The position numbers were made by a program, and so were the translations under genes. Below the pieces are notes generated by a model. It saw only the letters and a program-made list of their open reading frames with translations. It was not told the DNA's origin and made no database searches. Below are positions 8,770 to 11,041 of a stretch of 11,041 bases of DNA, piece after piece; positions within the stretch are counted from its first letter, which is position 1, and each line of letters starts with the position of its first letter. Origin of the DNA: Tubiluchus corallicola (Eukaryota > Animalia > Priapulida); the NCBI GenBank assembly GCA_030141605.1, contig JAQGDQ010002179.1, positions 1 through 11,041 of the forward strand, given 5' to 3'.

Positions 8770-9081
8770 GTTGTCTGATAGATACAGACACTAATCACAA
8801 AACGTAAGGCAGATTTAGTATGTTTTTTTTCAGTTTTTTTGACCTTCAAGATACTTTGGTGACAACTGCAGATGTATATGATAGATTACCATGTGACCTG
8901 ATGTCCTTTTGAACATTTCTAGTTGAATACGAAAGCGAGTCTGCACTTTCGACGTGCACCAGCAAGGATTTTACACTGAGTTCATTTGTTCAAGTAATAA
9001 AAGTTATTGGTTCAAACTGGATGTTCGGGTCAACAGAAGCATGATGTTTGTTTGACGACTAAAACTCGACAAAAACTTTGA

Positions 9082-10104
9082 TCACCAGTGGAAGTCTCTT
9101 CCCACCAACTGATAAAACATTTTGTTCCAAGGTTTATAAAATGCTCTGAGTTTGTCTAAAACCTCTTGCGCAACTTCTGGATGTGGTCGTCCTTTCGTTC
9201 TCCCTAAACACCTGTGCGCTGTCTCATTACGAATGCAATAAAACCCTTTAGTTTCATTGTAGTAGAAATTGTCTTTGGTTAAGAAATGGTCGATACTCAA
9301 ATATCTTTCTACTTTCTGTATCTCGTCAAGAGGATTTTTAATTAAATTGTCACCGTCCACAATGTGAACTTGTTCCAAAGGAAAGTATTCAAGCCACCTC
9401 GAGAAATGGTGATAATACAGACCGATGTTTATTGGCAAGTACGAGACAGAAACTTCACCGTTTATAATAGCGAGATCTTCAAATTTTGGAAGCGGTATCT
9501 CTCTTTGTAACACTCTACTCTGTGTTTGTGCGTAGTCAGATATGGCCCTAGTGACAGGTTCTCGAACTATAAGCACAAGTTTTATACTGGCATTCATGCG
9601 TTGGATTCTACGTGGCACTGACTCAGCAATAAAATAGGCTGGTGACTTCTCGATTGTAATTTGATCCTTATACGAATATGGCATAAGTTTGCGATACCAT
9701 TTTAGCCCTTTGAAGTAATTCTCCTCTTTGTCAAAGAAGTGAGGTTCCCCTCGAGCTGTCCGTATCCTGGGATGCAGACTCATGAATGTCAGCAACGCCC
9801 TCGTGCCGCATTTTTGGGCGCCAACAACAACACACTGCGGCAGGCGTCTTTTAAAGCTACGAAACTTTCTCTCCAGTGGTGGTTTATCGTAGATTTGGCC
9901 CAAGTTGACGCTAGATGGCGTGAGATAGAGCACAAAAAAGCATGACGTGAAAATGAGCATTAGAGATAAAAGTGCTGCACGTTTGCAATTTTTCAGGTAT
10001 GAAATGTTCTGCACACCTTGGCAACATCCATCGCTTTCTGATGTACTGAAGCCGGGTCTTGTTACAGGAGGTATTGTGGTGTCCTCAAGGTCATCAAGGT
10101 GCAT
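9082..10104 (-). CDS. HS3ST5: Heparan sulfate glucosamine 3-O-sulfotransferase (HS3ST5/Hs3st-A-like), 340 aa from the likely ATG at 10104, encoded in one exon
   Basis: An N-terminal signal-anchor (AALLSLMLIFTSCFFVLYL) precedes a Sulfotransfer_1 domain. The domain has RRLPQ, the 5'-PSB loop GAQKCGTRALL, catalytic Glu in EPHFFD, QITIEKSPAYF, 3'-PB REPVTRAISDY and the C-terminal KGFYC...CLGRTKGRPHP disulfide loop. The stop TGA is at 9084-9082. The paralog label reflects best resemblance only. An upstream in-frame coding exon cannot be excluded. Confidence 0.93.
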   Translation of the reverse strand: MHLDDLEDTTIPPVTRPGFSTSESDGCCQGVQNISYLKNCKRAALLSLMLIFTSCFFVLYLTPSSVNLGQIYDKPPLERKFRSFKRRLPQCVVVGAQKCGTRALLTFMSLHPRIRTARGEPHFFDKEENYFKGLKWYRKLMPYSYKDQITIEKSPAYFIAESVPRRIQRMNASIKLVLIVREPVTRAISDYAQTQSRVLQREIPLPKFEDLAIINGEVSVSYLPINIGLYYHHFSRWLEYFPLEQVHIVDGDNLIKNPLDEIQKVERYLSIDHFLTKDNFYYNETKGFYCIRNETAHRCLGRTKGRPHPEVAQEVLDKLRAFYKPWNKMFYQLVGRDFHW

Positions 10105-10107
10105 GAC

Positions 10108-10135
10108 CTGAAAAAATGTCATTAAAATTGACTTG
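10108..10135 (-). other. 3' splice acceptor of the HS3ST coding exon (exon starts at 10107)
   Basis: The minus strand reads caattttaatgacattttttCAG|GTC ATG CAC: a T-tract plus CAG, 3 nt before the ATG. The MTFFQ start of the tracked ORF is therefore probably intronic. Confidence 0.75.
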
Positions 10136-10401
10136 CTTTCTTTTCAGTGTCATTGCAAAACATATGCGAATGTACATAATTTAATTTTTTTATTAAGTTA
10201 ATTTAAGTTAATTTTATTAAGTTTATTTAAGTCATTTCAGCCCTTAAAATGCCTGATATATCTTAAAAATTTACACTAAAACTAAGAAATACTAAATGAC
10301 ATTCGTTATTAAAAATATATTGAAAGCATATATATATCTCTACTTGGGTCTGTTTCGTGGGCCTGAGCGATGTGTTCCATATTATTCCGAATAAAATATA
10401 T

Positions 10402-10464
10402 TAATATATTATATATACATACATATATATATATATATATATAGACATGCGTTTATATATATAT
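10402..10464. repeat. Interrupted (TA)n microsatellite
   Basis: TA runs interrupted by tacatacata and gacatgcgt. Confidence 0.85.
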
Positions 10465-10752
10465 AATACGTTTTAAACACATTAAAAATACTGAACAGAA
10501 TGTATAGAATCCACATTACAAACCTCCATAACCTTCTGTACTTTTGTGTGGACACCAGAATTACATATGATCCAGCATTGACAGAGCGTGAGCTATATGT
10601 TGGCCATACCTGTGCACTATATGAAGCCACTTTGGCCCCTTTAGTTTTTTTTAAACGCGTGACTCCTGCTTGGCTTCACTACGTCCAAGGTGTGATCTCG
10701 ATTTTAGGTTAACCGTGTACAGTCACTGGAAACGCGCGCATGCGCTGATACA

Positions 10753-10782
10753 GCAACTACGGCTACTACTACTACTACTACA

Positions 10783-10814
<32 letters not shown>

Positions 10815-10922
10815 CACCACCACCACCACACCAGCACCACCACCCCACCACCACCACCACCATCACCACCACCACCACCACCACCACCACCACCACCAAA
10901 ACCACCACCACCACCACCACCA

Positions 10923-10957
<35 letters not shown>

Positions 10958-11041
10958 ACTACTACTATCATTACTGCTGCTGCTGCTTCTGCTGCTGCTA
11001 CTACTACTACTGCTACTACTACTACTACTACTACTACTACT
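10753..11041. repeat. Compound trinucleotide repeat (CTA)n-(CCA)n-(CTA)n-(CTG)n, running off the window end
   Basis: Directly visible. It explains ORF 10723..10971. Confidence 0.97.

Noticed and set aside
9739-9945. 68-aa plus-strand ORF
   Set aside because: It is an antisense shadow of the HS3ST exon with a non-ATG start.
10105-10122. ATG at 10122 as the HS3ST start
   Set aside because: It lies upstream of a good TTTTTTCAG acceptor, so MTFFQ is probably intronic.

Overview
This is AT-rich, microsatellite-dense eukaryotic genomic DNA. It probably comes from an invertebrate, since the 5S-like sequence resembles molluscan/lophotrochozoan 5S rRNA as I recall it. The one well-supported protein-coding region is an uninterrupted minus-strand exon (9082-10104) encoding a type II Golgi heparan sulfate glucosamine 3-O-sulfotransferase (HS3ST5/Hs3st-A-like), with a splice acceptor just upstream. 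The most notable non-coding feature is a ~460-nt minus-strand element at 6131-6588. It has a full-length but slightly decayed 5S rRNA head with no Pol III terminator, fused to a T-run-free, structured body with an RTE-LINE-like 3' end and a candidate target-site duplication, which makes it a candidate 5S-derived (SINE3) RTE-type SINE. Other features are a 94-bp-arm inverted repeat in the likely HS3ST 3' UTR, a TTAA-flanked Kolobok-like non-autonomous element with a diverged relative 5.6 kb away, a ~130-bp local duplication, several transcription-factor motif clusters and many simple repeats. All other ORFs in the track are repeat artefacts or unsupported.
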